NCBI RefSeq assembly: GCF_009914755.1
Contig: NC_060926.1
DNA from: the human T2T-CHM13v2.0 reference genome, Homo sapiens
Reading direction: 5' to 3' (one strand)
DNA: 64,000 nucleotides
Shown: positions 1 to 15,660 of the stretch, piece after piece
Layout of the letters: the number at the start of each line of letters is the position of its first letter
How positions within the stretch are numbered: position 1 is the first letter of the stretch
Program-made: the position numbers and the translations under genes
Notes under the pieces: generated by a model
What the model was told of the DNA's origin: nothing
Database searches by the model: none
Seen by the model: the letters and a program-made list of their open reading frames with translations, nothing else

Positions 1-1315
1 AGGTTGACTTGGTTATTCTAGAGCCTTTGCATTTCTATACAAATTTTAAAAACAACTTGCCAATTTTTACAAAATAGCTTGCTGCAATTTTGTTGGGATT
101 CACTTTTCATTTATTTCTCTCTGTCTAGGACCTCCAGTACAATGTTGAACAGCAGTGGTGATTGTGTACATCTTAATATTGTTCCAAAACATAAGGGAAA
201 GTGATACATATGAATTAGGATATCAGCTCTAGATATTTAAATATAGCCTTTGTTAGAAAAAGACATCCCCTTTTTTCTTAGTTCACTAAGAAGTTGTATC
301 ATTAATGGGTGTTGAATTGTATCATACTTTTTCTGTGACTTTGACATAATCACACGAATCTGCTCCTTTTTTCTGTTAATATTATAAATTACTTTGATTT
401 TTGAATGAATCAAATTACTTTTGATTTTCTTCATTCCTTGGATAAACTCTACTTATTCATAATGCATAATTTTTATTACATATTATAATATATATTATTA
501 ACATATTTTAATATACTTATATTTATTAAAATTATATTATACAGAAATATATATTCACATATATTTATATTATATTATTTACAGTATATAATATATAAGA
601 TAATTAACTTTTTTATAATTATAAATAAGTATTAAAATTATAATTTACTATATTTATGATATAATTATGATTACTATATTATTAATATAATGGTCAGTAT
701 AATATTAATAATATTGTTATATATTATATATATTATATATTATACATAATATTTATTATTTGTTTTGTTTATAATTCTTGCATGTTTGCTCATGGGGGAA
801 TTGAACGAATTTTTAATTTATTATAATGCCTTGTATATTTTGTATAAAAGTGATTCTGATGTCAGTGTATGAGATAGAAAATGTTCACTCTTCTTCAATT
901 TCCTGGAAGAGTTTGTGTAAAATTAGCATAATTTCTTGCTTAAATATTTAGCACAATTCAGAGGTGAGGTCACTTGAGTCTAGAGCTTTTTTGTGGAAAG
1001 GTTTAAACCTCATATTCAATTTCTTTGCTACAGGGCTCTTCATATTATCTATTTATTTGTGATGAGACATGATCATTTGGATTTTTCAGAGAATTTGTTC
1101 CTTGTATCTATTTTCAAATTTATTGGCATACATTTTTCATGTATTTCTTTATTATTTCATTTATTAATTATCTGTAAATTCTATTTTGCTGATTTGTGGC
1201 TTTATTTGTTTTTGGCTTATTACTTACTAAATATCTTAATTAGCCAGTTTTTTATTTCATTCTTTCTCTCTCTTTTTATGTTTTTAAAAAATTTTACTTT
1301 GATATTTATTTTTCT
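1..1315 (-). mobile_element. Ancient L1 (L1M-type) ORF2 remnant, interrupted by an AT-rich tract
   Basis: Degenerate antisense L1 motifs (ctaggacctccagtacaatgttgaa; minus ORF 237-434 fragment YDTIQHPLMI resembles ORF2 FDKIQHPFMI). Boundaries approximate. Confidence 0.7.
468..770. repeat. AT-rich low-complexity tract ((TA)n/(TATTA)n-like)
   Basis: About 300 bp made almost entirely of A and T. Confidence 0.9.
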
Positions 1316-2030
1316 GCTAAGTGTTGGCAAGGATGTGAAAGAACTGAAACTCTGATGCACTGCTGATTGATATGTAAAATGGTACAACGACATTGAAAAA
1401 CTGGTTTGGCTTTTTATTTAAGTTAAACCTATATTTACCATGTGACCAGTCACTCAGCTACTAGGTATTTACCCAGTAAAAATGAAAAAAAAAATGTGTT
1501 CACACATGACCTGTACATGAAAGTTCAAAGAAATTTATTATTTATAAATTTTATTTATAATAAAATAAAATTTATATTTATTATAATAAAATAATATAAA
1601 CAAGTAAACTAAATAAATATTTATTTATAAAAACTGGAAACAATCCAAATGTCCATCAACAGGTAAGTGGATAAAAAATTATAGCATAGCCATACAATAG
1701 AATTCTTCTCAGAAATGAAAAAGAAAAGCAATACCATTGATACATGCAACAACGTTGTCCTGAGTGAAAGAAGCCAGGGAAATATGAAATTCTAGAAAGC
1801 GCAAACTAATCTTGAGTTAGTGGTATAGATCAGTGTTGTTGGAGTATGAGAACAGAGAGATGGATAAATCACAAAGTTGCATTAGAAAACTTCTAGGGAT
1901 AATAGACATGTTATCTTGAATGCAGTGATGGTTTCACAGTTGGATACATATTTCCAAGTCAATTAAATAATTAAATAGATACAATTTATTGTACTTTGTA
2001 CTTTCCTAAAGCTGTTAAAAAAAAAAAAAA
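1316..2030 (+). mobile_element. Old L1 3' end (L1ME/MC-like)
   Basis: aagtgttggcaaggatgtg...aaactggaaacaatccaaatgtccatcaacagg motifs typical of the L1 ORF2 end/3'UTR, ending in poly(A). Confidence 0.7.
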
Positions 2031-2060
2031 CTATAGAGTTTCTCTCTCGTTTTCTTTTAG

Positions 2061-2176
2061 GACATACAGCAAATGCTGCTCATCAGCGTCAAAATAGTTC
2101 AAATAATTTTACGAAAAAAAACTCAGCTTCTGTTGTTTATCAGGCAGATGTACAGGATAATGGTATAAATCAAAAG
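2061..2176 (+). CDS. FSIP2: FSIP2 coding exon (probably exon 10), 116 nt
   Basis: tttcttttag|GA...CAAAAG|gtatac. Reads (G)HTANAAHQRQNSSNNFTKKNSASVVYQADVQDNGINQK. Phase 1 to 0, compatible with the next exon. Confidence 0.85.
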
Positions 2177-2419
2177 GTATACAATTATGCTTTAAAGTTT
2201 TGTGTTGTATTTATTAATTTATCTACTTAACTTTTATTTCTATGAACTCTCTCCTTCAGCAGCATAGTACTGATTGTTTAGGGATACTGAGTTTTATTCA
2301 TGAAACATGATCCATTTTCCTGGCAGAAAAAGTGTTAAGTTAGCTTTGTGCTAAACACACTACGGATTTTAGCAGAAAATAACCCAAACAAACATTTGGC
2401 AGTAATAATAATAATGACA

Positions 2420-2630
2420 GCTTGCATTTATTGAGCATATACTATTGACTAGGTGTTGTACTAAGCTAGAATGAAGGAAAACAATAATTGGGTAATATAA
2501 GATAAATTAAATATAAGAAATTGGGTAATATAAGATAAAAAGAATAAGACATAATTGCTCCTCTAAAAGACTCATTGTCTAGTGAGGCAGCAGACACAGA
2601 AAGATACTATTCCAATAAAATTATCCTGGA
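2420..2630 (-). mobile_element. L2 3'-end fragment
   Basis: catttattgagcatatactat...gtactaag motif typical of L2 ends. Confidence 0.5.
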
Positions 2631-3044
2631 ATGATGAATTTTACTTTGGTTCTAAACAGTGTTTTTAATAAGCATTACACTGGTTTGGACTGGGTATGAA
2701 TGGATTACATTGGATTTCTCTGAGACAAACTGAATGAATCTAAACTTTTTAGAACCAACCACAGCATGTATTACCATGCCTTTAGGCAAAGTAGGAAGAC
2801 TGGAGAAGAAGTAAGTTTATACATTGCTACATATTGAACTCAGTTTTGGACTAGTTAAACTTGAGATTATATGAAAGGTATCCTAGGAGGTTGATGATAT
2901 GTATTTTACCTAAACAGTTTTTATGAGTTACTGGTTAAAAGAGGGAAAACATCTGTATTCATTGGTTAATTGATAGAAGGCAGAATCTTTTTTGGAAGTA
3001 CAGTTACTAATGTAATTTTTTCTCTTCAATGTGGTACCATGTAG

Positions 3045-3090
3045 AGAGATGGGATGGTATCTAAAAACTCAAGTATTTTCGATGATAGAG
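3045..3090 (+). CDS. FSIP2: FSIP2 coding exon (probably exon 11), 46 nt
   Basis: catgtag|AGAGAT...GATAGAG|gtaaga. Reads RDGMVSKNSSIFDDR(G). Phase 0 to 1. Confidence 0.85.
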
Positions 3091-4255
3091 GTAAGAAAAT
3101 AAACAATAGTCATAATTTTTCTGTTATTAGGCATGCAATTATAGTTTTATTATATATTTTAAGTTGTTTTATCTGATTATAAAAATATGCTTATTCTAAA
3201 AAATTAAGGCTGATATAAATTTTTTATGAATATAGATATTATAATTAGCCCATATATTTGAGTGATTGCTGGATGAGTGTGCCTTTTGGAATTTGCAAAG
3301 TGTGGAAAAGATAGGGTCCTTGCTGTAGCTGTTTGTAGTTACAGATAAAGACGCTGGCATACTGGCTTCAGGAGATTGGAATACAAAGAACTATCCCCAA
3401 GATTGTTTCCATATTTCACTGCCATTAATTTCCAACAAATGATACATTTTGTTTCCCATTTGTCTTTAAATGAAATATTCATTACCCAATATCTGTGTGC
3501 CTTGTTATGTTTATGCAAGTCACTAAAAATACTCACATACATATCTGACATATGCATACAGAAAACATGAGACATCTTCCTCCAGTGGCTAAGGATCACC
3601 TCAAATTTAATACAAAACTCAATTCATCATCATCTTCCTGACCCTTTTATTTCACCCAGGCACAAAACCTAAGTTGCCTTGGACTCTTCCTTTTATATTT
3701 TGTATCTAAAAGTTCGCATTTTCTGCCTATTCTACTTCCTTAATTTATTTTGATCTTCACTTTTTTCCATTCCCTTTGCTCCTACCCTTGTTTTCTCCAT
3801 TCTTCACTATTGCAGTAATCTTCCTCCAATTTCATCTTCCTCTTTTTAACCCACTATACATTTTTCTATGAAACAATCTTCCTAAATCACAGCTTTGTTT
3901 ATTTCACTATCCAGATGATTTTTCATTGCCTAATTACTCAAATGCAAAAAGTTAATTCTAGCGGTAGGCTGTGGTTATAGCAGAAGATTAAGCTGGCATA
4001 AAACATTAAATAAGGATTTCAGGCTTGTCTTTGAAGGCAATGGGAACCACTGGAAATTTGTAGGCAGTAAACATCAAAAAAGACGTGTTATTTTTGGAGA
4101 TATTTCCTTGACTCAAATAAATCCCTGATTGTGGCAATTCTAGTCACTGTGGCAGCTGAGCAGGGAGAATGTTGGAGTAATGCTGTAAATTAATATTAAC
4201 CCTTGTCCCAGCAATATCAGCTTCTCATATTTAAAGTTATCTCTTCTTTCTCTAG

Positions 4256-4362
4256 GAGGTATAAATATTTCAGGCCAAGGTTCAATTATTTCAGCGCAGG
4301 TATCACCCACGAGAAATTTTTCCAGAGTTTCACAGGCATTTTTGGATCCTTCAAAAGAAGAG
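4256..4362 (+). CDS. FSIP2: FSIP2 coding exon (probably exon 12), 107 nt
   Basis: ctcttctttctctag|GAGGT...GAAGAG|gtatat. Reads GINISGQGSIISAQVSPTRNFSRVSQAFLDPSKEE. Phase 1 to 0. Confidence 0.85.
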
Positions 4363-5236
4363 GTATATAACAGTTCTTTTACCCCAAATACAAACACAAT
4401 AAAAGGGATATGATCTTATGGTCATAATTGGTATAAAATGTCATGATTTATGTAACCATACAAAACAACTTTATTCCCTGAAATTAGTCATACAATAATA
4501 ACGTTTTAATAGCCCTTGAACAGTCTGCTTAAATGTAAGCTACAAGATGTTAGTTCATGGTACGTATCTACAACTTTTAGAGGAAGTATAAAGTTGGACT
4601 TCTTTGACTGGGCTTGTACAGTAATGATTTAGTACTTTTTGACCAGTGATCAGTTACCTGCTGTTCGAGAGATACCAGCAAAGATTCAGGGTATAGCTTT
4701 TGGACATGAAATAGATTTTTTTCTGTGGGTTGCCAACTTGTTACAGGAATCAAACATGTATCTTTGGTTTCATCATTAGTATAGTATTAACTAGCTCAAC
4801 TGCCCTAGGGAGTTAATGTGGTTTGAAATAGATTTCAATAAACTAGAAATTTACTAAATTATTTCCAAAAGAATTCTTCATAACTAGAGTAGAAAGTGGC
4901 ATCATTTTCCATGTCCTAGAATGCATAATAATTGAGACACTAAATTATGTATAACTCCTAAAATGTAGTATGTTTACCACAATGCGATTTTCTGTAGTGC
5001 AGTTTTATAATAAACATTTGACAAATGTACATCAGGTTTAGTTCACTGTTCTACCATATCAATAGCCACATTAAATATGCTAAGAATAAAAAAAAATTTT
5101 TTAACAGCTTTGACATTGGGTGTCATATTGGCCAAAATATTATAAAGGCTATGCCCTTAACTTAAAAAAAATTCCTTTAAAAACAGTGTCTAAATTTTAT
5201 TACTGACCTTTTTAGGGTAATGTGTGCACTATCAGC

Positions 5237-5284
5237 ATTGCCATCCATATTAAATCTTAGATTGCCATCCATATTAAATCTTAG
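5237..5284. repeat. Perfect 24-bp tandem duplication
   Basis: attgccatccatattaaatcttag twice (5237-5260 and 5261-5284). Confidence 0.95.
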
Positions 5285-5574
5285 ATGTGTTAGATGAAAG
5301 TACAACTATATGCTAAATCCCAAAGTCTCAGCAAATTACCAAATGTGTAGGTGGTTTTAAGTACAACTTTTGATACAACTATGAACTTTGAATTCTATAA
5401 ATAATACCTGTAATATAAACATAATAAAAACGTGCATTTCTTATAAATTGACATTAAAGAGAAATTCTCAAAATCTTAAATTTCTGTACTATAAATATAG
5501 AAATAATAGTTGATGTTTGAGTCCTAAAATTTTTTTGTGTGGATCTATTTGTTTTGCTGTTGTGAATTATGTAG

Positions 5575-5638
5575 AAGGAGACAAATGCTGATTGGGATGG
5601 AAGACCAACCAAGAGATCAAGCTATCTCTGCGAATCAG
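5575..5638 (+). CDS. FSIP2: FSIP2 coding exon (probably exon 13), 64 nt
   Basis: tatgtag|AAGGAG...GAATCAG|gtaaat. Reads KETNADWDGRPTKRSSYLCES(G). Phase 0 to 1. Tandem NAGNAG acceptor makes the start uncertain by 3 nt. Confidence 0.8.
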
Positions 5639-6149
5639 GTAAATATCAGCAGTAATTATTGAGTAAATCTTGCATTCTATTTATTCTTTCAACTGACATT
5701 TACTGAGTTTTTGCTTCATGTTAGATATGGTGCTAAGTTTTAATCATTCAAGGAAAAATGGCACAATTTTTGCTCAGGGTTCTTACAGTATACTTGGAAA
5801 GATAGTCATGGCCCAATATGATAAGAGCAATAAAGGAAGTGGGTATGTGTAAAAGCTGGGAAAGTTATGGGAAAGAGAATGCATAGACCTATCTAGGGTC
5901 ATCATAGAAGCCTTTATAATTTAGAAAGAGACTGCGTTGAGACATGAAGGATCAGAAGGAATTTCCTATTTTCTTTTTGTTATTTTTATTGTTTGTACTA
6001 ATGTTGACAACCAAAATTTGCAAAAAAATTAAAGTTTTTGTACTCATATCCTTATACTTACTGTTTTCTGCTTTTACAGCAGCTTCTCTCCCACACCACA
6101 ACTTTATTAAGGTATAGTGGATAATTTAAAACTGTATATATTGACGGTA

Positions 6150-6302
6150 CAGATGGTCCCCAACTTGTAATGATTCAATTTAGGGTTTTTCAACTTTACT
6201 GTCGGTTTATTGGGGTATTAAATGCATTCTCAGCTTACAATATTTTTGACTTACAATTGGCTAATCAAGATGTAACACCATCATAAGACAAGGAGAATCA
6301 TA
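6150..6302 (-). mobile_element. Short internally deleted MER47/Tigger-like DNA element
   Basis: Starts ta|cagatggtcccc. Both ends resemble the longer copies at 22189 and 60682. Inserted at a TA in the host L1. Confidence 0.65.
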
Positions 6303-6383
6303 TACAACTTGATATGTGTATATACAGTAAAGTGTTCACCACAAGCAAGCCAATTAACATATCCTCACTTCATGTAGTTACTA

Positions 6384-8425
<2,042 letters not shown>

Positions 8426-8724
8426 AAGAGCTACTCTTAGCAGTTTTTAATGACACAATATTGTTAACTACAGTCACACTGTTGTACATTAGATCTTCCA
8501 CACTTATTCATCTTATATATCCTCCTCCCCATAACTCCTGGTAACCACCATTCTATTCTCTGTTCCTATGAGCTTGACATTTTTATATAACACATATAAA
8601 TCATGCCGTTTTTAGTCTTTCTGCATTTAGCTTATTACACTTAGCATGATGTTCTCCAAGTTCTTTGATGTTGTCACAAATGGCAGGATTTCCTTTGTTT
8701 GAAAGGCTAAATAGTATTGTATTA

Positions 8725-8752
8725 TATCTGTCTGTCTGTCTGTCTGTCTGTG
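8725..8752. repeat. (TCTG)n microsatellite
   Basis: About 6 copies of tctg. Confidence 0.85.
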
Positions 8753-9699
8753 TATCTGTGTTTATTTATACATCTACTTAGACAGATAGATCTATCTCTT
8801 GGTATATATCAGATTTTCTTTATGCCCTCATCTGTTGATGTACATTTGTTTCTATATATTAGCTATTGTGAATAATGCTGCAGTAAACATGAGAGTGCAG
8901 ATATCTCTTCAACATACTGAAAACATAACGAAAACATATGATTTCATTTCCTTTGGATATGTACCCAGAAGTTGAATTGCTAGATCGATCATAAGGTAAT
9001 TGTTGAGGAACCTTCATACTGTTTTCTACAATGTCTGTACAAATTTACATTTCTACCAACTATGTGCAAGGATTTCTTTTTCTTCACAATCTTGCCAATA
9101 CTTGTTGTCTTTTACTTTTTTGATAATAGGCATTCTAAGAGATGTGAAGTGGTATATCATTATGGTTTTGATTGTATTTTTATTTTTAATAATTTTTTTT
9201 TACTATTGAGTTGTTTCAGATTTTTATATGCTTGGGATAATAACACCTTATCAGATATATGGTTTACAAGTATTTTATACAATTCTGTAGGTTGCTTTCT
9301 CACTTTATTGTTTTACAGCAATGCAAAAACTTTTTAACTTGATGCAATCTCATTTTTCTATTTTTGCTTTTATTGCCTGTGCATTTAGTGCCATACCCAA
9401 ACATTTATTGCCCAGATCAACATCAAGAAGCTTTGTATGTTCTCTCTTACACTTTTATGCCTTAAGGCCTTATGTTTATATCTTTAATTCATTTTTTGTT
9501 ATTTTTTGTATATGATGTGAGGTAAGGGTCCAATTTAATTCTTCTGCCTGTGGACATACCGTTTTCCCAACAACATTTATTGAAAAAATTATCTTTCCCT
9601 ATTGTTTCTTTTTTATGTTATTTTTAATTGGCATATAGTTATTTTCCATATTTATGTTGTTTTATTTTATTTTTAATGGGCAAATAGTTATTTTCTTTA

Positions 9700-11441
9700 T
9701 TAAGAAAATCTTTATTTTAGGCTGAGTCATACATGTGCGGGTTTGTTTTACAGATAAACTTATGTCATGAGGGTTTGTTGTACAGATTATTTCATCACTC
9801 TGGTACTAAGCCTAATACTAGTACTCAATCATTATTTTTTCTGATCCTCTCCCTGCTCCAACCCTCTACCACAGTGTGGCCTCGGTGTCATTCCCCTCTT
9901 CGAGTCCATGTTTTCTCATCATTTAGCTCCCACTTATAAGTGAGAACATGCGGATTTGGTTTTCTGTTCCTGTGTTAGTTTGCTAAGGACAATGGCCTCC
10001 AGCTCCATCCATGTTCCTGCAAAGGACATGATCTAATTCTTTTCCATGGCTGCATAGTATTCTATGGTATATATGTGCCATATTTTTAAAAATCTAGTCT
10101 ACCATTGGTGAACATTTAGGTTGATTCCATGTCTTTGCTATTGTGAGTAATGTGCTGCAATGAACATACACATGCGTGTGTCTTTATGATAGAATGGTGT
10201 ATGGTTCCTTTGGGTATATAGCCAGTAATGGGATCTCAGGGTCAAATGGTAGTTCTGTTTTTAGCTCTTTGAGGAATCATCACACGACTTTCCACAGTGG
10301 TTGAATTAATTTACACTCCCACCAACAATGTATAAATGTTCCCTTTTCTCTGCAACCTTGCCAGCATCTATTATTTTCTTTTTAATACTAACCATCCTGA
10401 CTGGTGCAAGATGGTATCTCATTGTGATTTTGATTTGCATTTATCTAATGATCAGTGATATTGGGCTTTTTTAAATATGCTGCTGACTGCATGTTTATCT
10501 TATTTTGAAAAGTGTCTGTTCATATCCTTTGCCCTCTTTTTAATGGAATTTTTTTTCTTATAAATTTAAGTTACTTACAGATGCTGAATATTAGACTCTT
10601 GCCAGATGCATAGTTTGCAAATATTTTTTCCCATTTTCTAGGTTGTCTGTTTACTGTATTACTAGTTTCTTTTGCTGTGCAGAAGCTCTTTAGTTTCAGT
10701 AGATCCCATTTGTCAATTTTTGCCTTTGTTGCAATTGCTTTTGGCATCTTCTTCATGAAACCTTCGTCAGTTCCTATGTCCTGAATGGTATTGCCTATGT
10801 TGTCTTCCAAGGTTTTTATAAATAGAGTTTTACATTTCAGTCTTTAATCCATCTTGTGTTGATTTCTGTATAGGAGGGGCCCAGTTTTGATCTTCCGCAT
10901 ATGGCTAGCCAGTTATTCCAGAACCATTTATTGAATAGGGAATCCTTTCCCCATTGCTTGTTTTTGTCAGCTTTGTCAAAGATCAGATGGTTGCAGGCCT
11001 ATATATCTATTTTTGTACCAATACCATGCTGTTTGGTTACTGTAGACCTGTAGTATACTTTGAATTCAGGTAGCTTGATGCCTCCTGCTTTGTTCTTTTT
11101 GTTTAGGATTGCCTTGGCTATTCAGGCTCTTTCTTTTGGTTCCATACAAATTTTAAAATAATGTTTTCTTGTTGTGTGAAGAATGCCATTGGTACTTTGA
11201 TAGGAATGGCATTGAATCTGTAAATTGCTTTGGGCAGCATGGTCATTTTAACAATATTAATTCTTCCTATCTATGAGCATAGTACCTTTTTCTACTTGTT
11301 TGTGTCATCTCTGGTTTCTTTGAGCAGTGTTTTGTAATTCTCAGTGCAGAGATCTTGAACCTCCCTGGTTAGTGGTATTTCTTAAGTATTTCATTCATTT
11401 TCTGGTTGTTGTGAATCACATTGCAATCCTGATTTGGCTCC
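9700..11441 (-). mobile_element. Mid-age primate L1PA element (L1PA10-13-like), 5'-truncated
   Basis: 3'UTR gggtttgttgtacagattatttcatcac. ORF2 remnant [28 protein letters not shown] (ORF 10571-10810). No clear TSD. Confidence 0.85.
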
Positions 11442-11444
11442 CAG

Positions 11445-13802
11445 TAGGCTATACACGCACGGCACCAGAATTGCTTCTGCTCAGGGCCTCAGGAAGCTTC
11501 CACTCATGGCAGAAGGTGAAGGGGAAGCAGGCATATCACATGGTGAGAAAGCAGCAGTGGGTGGGTGCCACGCTCTTAAACAATCAGAACTCAGAGTGAG
11601 AACTCACTGTTTACCATGAAGTGGGCACAAAGTCATTTATGGGGGATCCATTCCCATGACCAAAGCACCTCCCACCAGGCCCCACCCCCAACATTGGGAA
11701 TTATACTTCAACATGAAATATTGAGGAGACAAAACATCCAAACCATATCATTCTGCCACTGGCCACCAAATCTCATGTATTTTTTATATTGCAAAATACA
11801 ATCATCCCTTCCCAATAGTCCCCCCAAATCTTAACTTATTCCAGCATTAATTCAATAAAAAGTCCAAGGTCCAAAATTTAATTTGAGACTTAATGTATAT
11901 TGCCTTCACTTATGAGCTTCTGAAATCAAAAACATGTTATTACATCCAAGATACTATGGTGGTACAGGCATTGGGTAGAATTTCCATTCTAAGAGGGAGA
12001 AAACAGTCAAAATAAAGGGGCAACATGCCCCATGCAAATCTAAAACCTAGCAGTGCCAACATTAAATCTCAAAGCTCCAAAATAATCTCCCTTGATTCCA
12101 TGTCTCTCATCCTGGGAACACTAAAAAAAAGGGGTGGTCTCCCAAGGCATTAGGCAGCCCCACCACTGTGGCTTTTCAGGGTGGAACCCCCATGGCTTCT
12201 GTCACTGATTTGAGTCTAATGCCTGCTGCTTTCCCATGCTGAGGTGGCAAGCTGCTGGTGGCTGTACCATGCTGGGATCTGGAGTGCATTGGTCCTGTTC
12301 CCACAGTTCCACTAGGTAGTGCCCAGTGAGGACTCAGTGTGAGTTCTTCAATCCCACATTTCCCCTTGGCACTGCCCTACTAGAGTCTCTCTGCAGGGGC
12401 TTCAGCCCTGCAGCAGGCTTCTGCCTGGACATCCTGCCTTTCTCATACATACTCTGAAATCTATATGGAGCTGCCAGGCCTCCTTCACTTTTGCATTTTG
12501 TAAACCTGCAGACTAAACAGCACATAGAACCTGACAAGGCTTATGCCTTGCAATGTCCACAGTGGCATCCCAAATTGTACCTGGGCCCTTTGAGCTGAGG
12601 CTGGAGCTGGAGTGGCCAGGATGTGAGCAGCAGTGTCCTGAGGCTGAGCAGAGGATCAGTTTCCTGGGTCTGGCCCCTAAAACCATTCTTTCCTCCTAGG
12701 CCTCTGGGCCTGTGATGGGAGGGGCTTTCCCAAAGACTTCTGAAATGCCTTTGAGGGCTTTTTTTCCATTGTCTTGGTTGTTAACACTTGGCCCCCTTTT
12801 AGTCATGCTAATCTCTCTAGTAAGTGATTGCTCCACAACCTGCTTGTATTTCTGTCTTGAAAACACCCTTTCCTTTTCTATCACAAAGACAGCTTGTGAA
12901 CCTTACAAATTTTTACACTTTGCTTCCCTTTTAAATATAAGTTCCAACTTTAAGTCATTTCTTTGCCCCAATATCTGATTATAGGTTGTTAGAAGCAGCC
13001 ACATCATTTCTCGAATGCTTTGCTGCTTAGAAATTTGTTCTGCCAAATACTGTAAGACATCACTCTTTAAGTTCAACCTTCCACAAATGCCCAGGACATG
13101 GACACAATGCAGTCAAGCTCTTTGCTAAGGAATAACAAGTGTGACCTTTGGCTCAGTTCCTAATAACTTTCTCATTTCCATCTGAAATCTTATCAGCCTG
13201 GACTTTGCTGTCTATATTTCTATCAGCATTTCAGTCACCACCATTTAACCAGTCCCTAAGAAGTTCCAAACTTTTCCTCATTTTCCTGTGTTCTTCAGAG
13301 CCAGAGCCCTCAAACTTTTCTTATCTCTCTCCATTACCCATTTCCAAAGCTGCCTCCATGTTTTCATGTATCTTTATAGCAATGCCTTACTTCTTGGTAC
13401 CAATTTTCTGTGTTTCATTTGTATTGCTATAAAGGAATACCTGAGGCTGGGTAGTTTATAAAGAAAATAGGTTATTTTTCTCACGGTTCTGCATGGCACC
13501 AGCGTTGCTTCTGGTGAGAGCTTCAGAAAGCTTCCACTCATGGCAGAAGGTGAAGTAGGGGAGCAGGCATATCACATGGTAAGAAAGCAGCAGTGGGTGG
13601 GTGTCAAACTCTTTTAAACAGCCAGTTCTCATGTGAACTCGGCACAAGAACTCACTCATTACTGCTGTAAGGAGGGCACCAAGTCATCCATGAGGGATCT
13701 GCACCTATGATCCAAACACTTCCCATCAGGCCTCACCTCCAACACTGGGAGATTACATTTCAAACTGATATTTGAAGGGGATAAAACATCCAAACCATGT
13801 CA
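11445..13802 (-). mobile_element. MaLR provirus remnant (MSTB-like): truncated LTR ~11445-11750, internal region 11751-13408, complete LTR 13409-13802
   Basis: Two similar LTRs (aagcttccactcatggcagaaggtgaa...aaacatccaaaccatatca / ...ccatgtca) and the internal junction ggtaccaattttc. Confidence 0.9.
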
Positions 13803-13838
13803 CTGATTTTGTACTTTTGTGTGTTTTCACAGTGGTGA

Positions 13839-14234
<396 letters not shown>

Positions 14235-15600
14235 CAGAGCATTTCTTATAGGACCAGTTTAGTGGTGATGAACTCCCTCGGTATTTGCTTGTTTGGGAAA
14301 AATTTATTTCTCCTGAATTTGTGAAGCTTAATCTTGTTAAACATAGAATTCTTGGCCAGCACTATTTTTCTTTCAAAACTTTGAATATTTTATGTCATTC
14401 TCTTCTGGCGTGTAAGGTTTCTGCTGAGAAATCTGCTGTTATTCTAATGAGGTTTTCTTTGTAAGTGACTAGATGCTTTTCTCTAGCTAATTTTATAATT
14501 TATTCTTTCACTTTGACTGTAGTCTGGGACCCCAATTCAAACATACATTAGATCACCTGATATTTTCCTGCAGGTTACTGAGCCTTTCTTAACTACTTAC
14601 AAATCTTTTCAAAATACACGTGCTTCAGTTTGTATAGTTTCTAATGCTGTGTCTTTGAGATTATTTTATTTGTCTGTAGTGTCAAATCACACCAGTAAGT
14701 TTTTAATCTCAGATAATGAGTTATTTTACAAGTTCTATTGGCTGTTTTTATATCTTAACCTCTCTCCCCCTCATTAAATGTTTCCAAGGTCTTTCCTGTT
14801 AATTGTGTCATCTGTGCTATTTCTAAATCTATTTCTGTTGACTAATATTTTTCCTAGCTATATCTCTTCTTGTTTCTTTCCATGTATTACATATTTTATT
14901 GCATATCGGACAGTTTTACTGCTATGCTATTGTTGAGTTTTGTCTGCTTTTAAAGATTGGAGAATTTTGTTTTAACAAGTTTATGTATGATCATGATTTT
15001 TTAAGGCTTATATGTAAATGCTGTTATGGGACATATAATGTCAATTTTACTTTATGGATCCTTCAGTTCTCCTAAATGGAGATAAATTTTCTGGGGTCTC
15101 TGTAAGATGTGCTAGACATTCAACCAAGTCCCTCCTCTCTTACTAGTCAGTTAGAAAATATTTTCCAGTCTTGTGTGAAATTGAGACTTATTCTTTTCAC
15201 ACCTGCACAGTAATCTTTTTTTCTACAAGAAGTTGTCATTTGCCTGGGTATCACACTAGATTGTACAACTTAATATAGAGCTAAAAACTCAACAGGATGC
15301 CATTTTAGAAGCATGGACTTCTTCCTGTATATAATGCCATATTTTCCTGGTATTATTCTCTATAGTTTGTAGCTGCCTTAGCTTTTTAAAATCTTTGTAT
15401 AATTTCTAACTCCTCAAATTAGTTAAACCACCATAGTATGTTATTGCCTGGAAAGTGTCTTTAGTTAATAATATGTGGTAATTTAAAACTTCACTTTATC
15501 TTTATCCCTTTGTGCAGAGAGTACATTATTGTGATTCCTGTTTTCCATAAGTAAAAAGATTATTCATATAGTCTTCTAATTAATTTTCCGATTGATTATG
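14235..15600 (-). mobile_element. Old L1M fragments (ORF1/inter-ORF region and unassigned degenerate sequence)
   Basis: gcatttcttatagg...ggtgatgaactccctc and aaggtttctgctgagaaatctgctgtt motifs. Right boundary uncertain. Confidence 0.55.
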
Positions 15601-15660
15601 GTAAGAAGGCTTGTCAAGTGTCAGTTATTCTCTTATGACTGCAAACCATCAAGCAGGATT

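Noticed and set aside
468-1635. AT-rich tracts as palindromic AT-rich repeat (PATRR)-like fragile sites
   Set aside because: They are short and only loosely self-complementary; I could not see a long perfect inverted repeat.
8784-8797. 14-bp palindrome agatagatctatct
   Set aside because: It derives from short (GATA)/(TATC) microsatellite units inside an old L1; there is no evidence of function.
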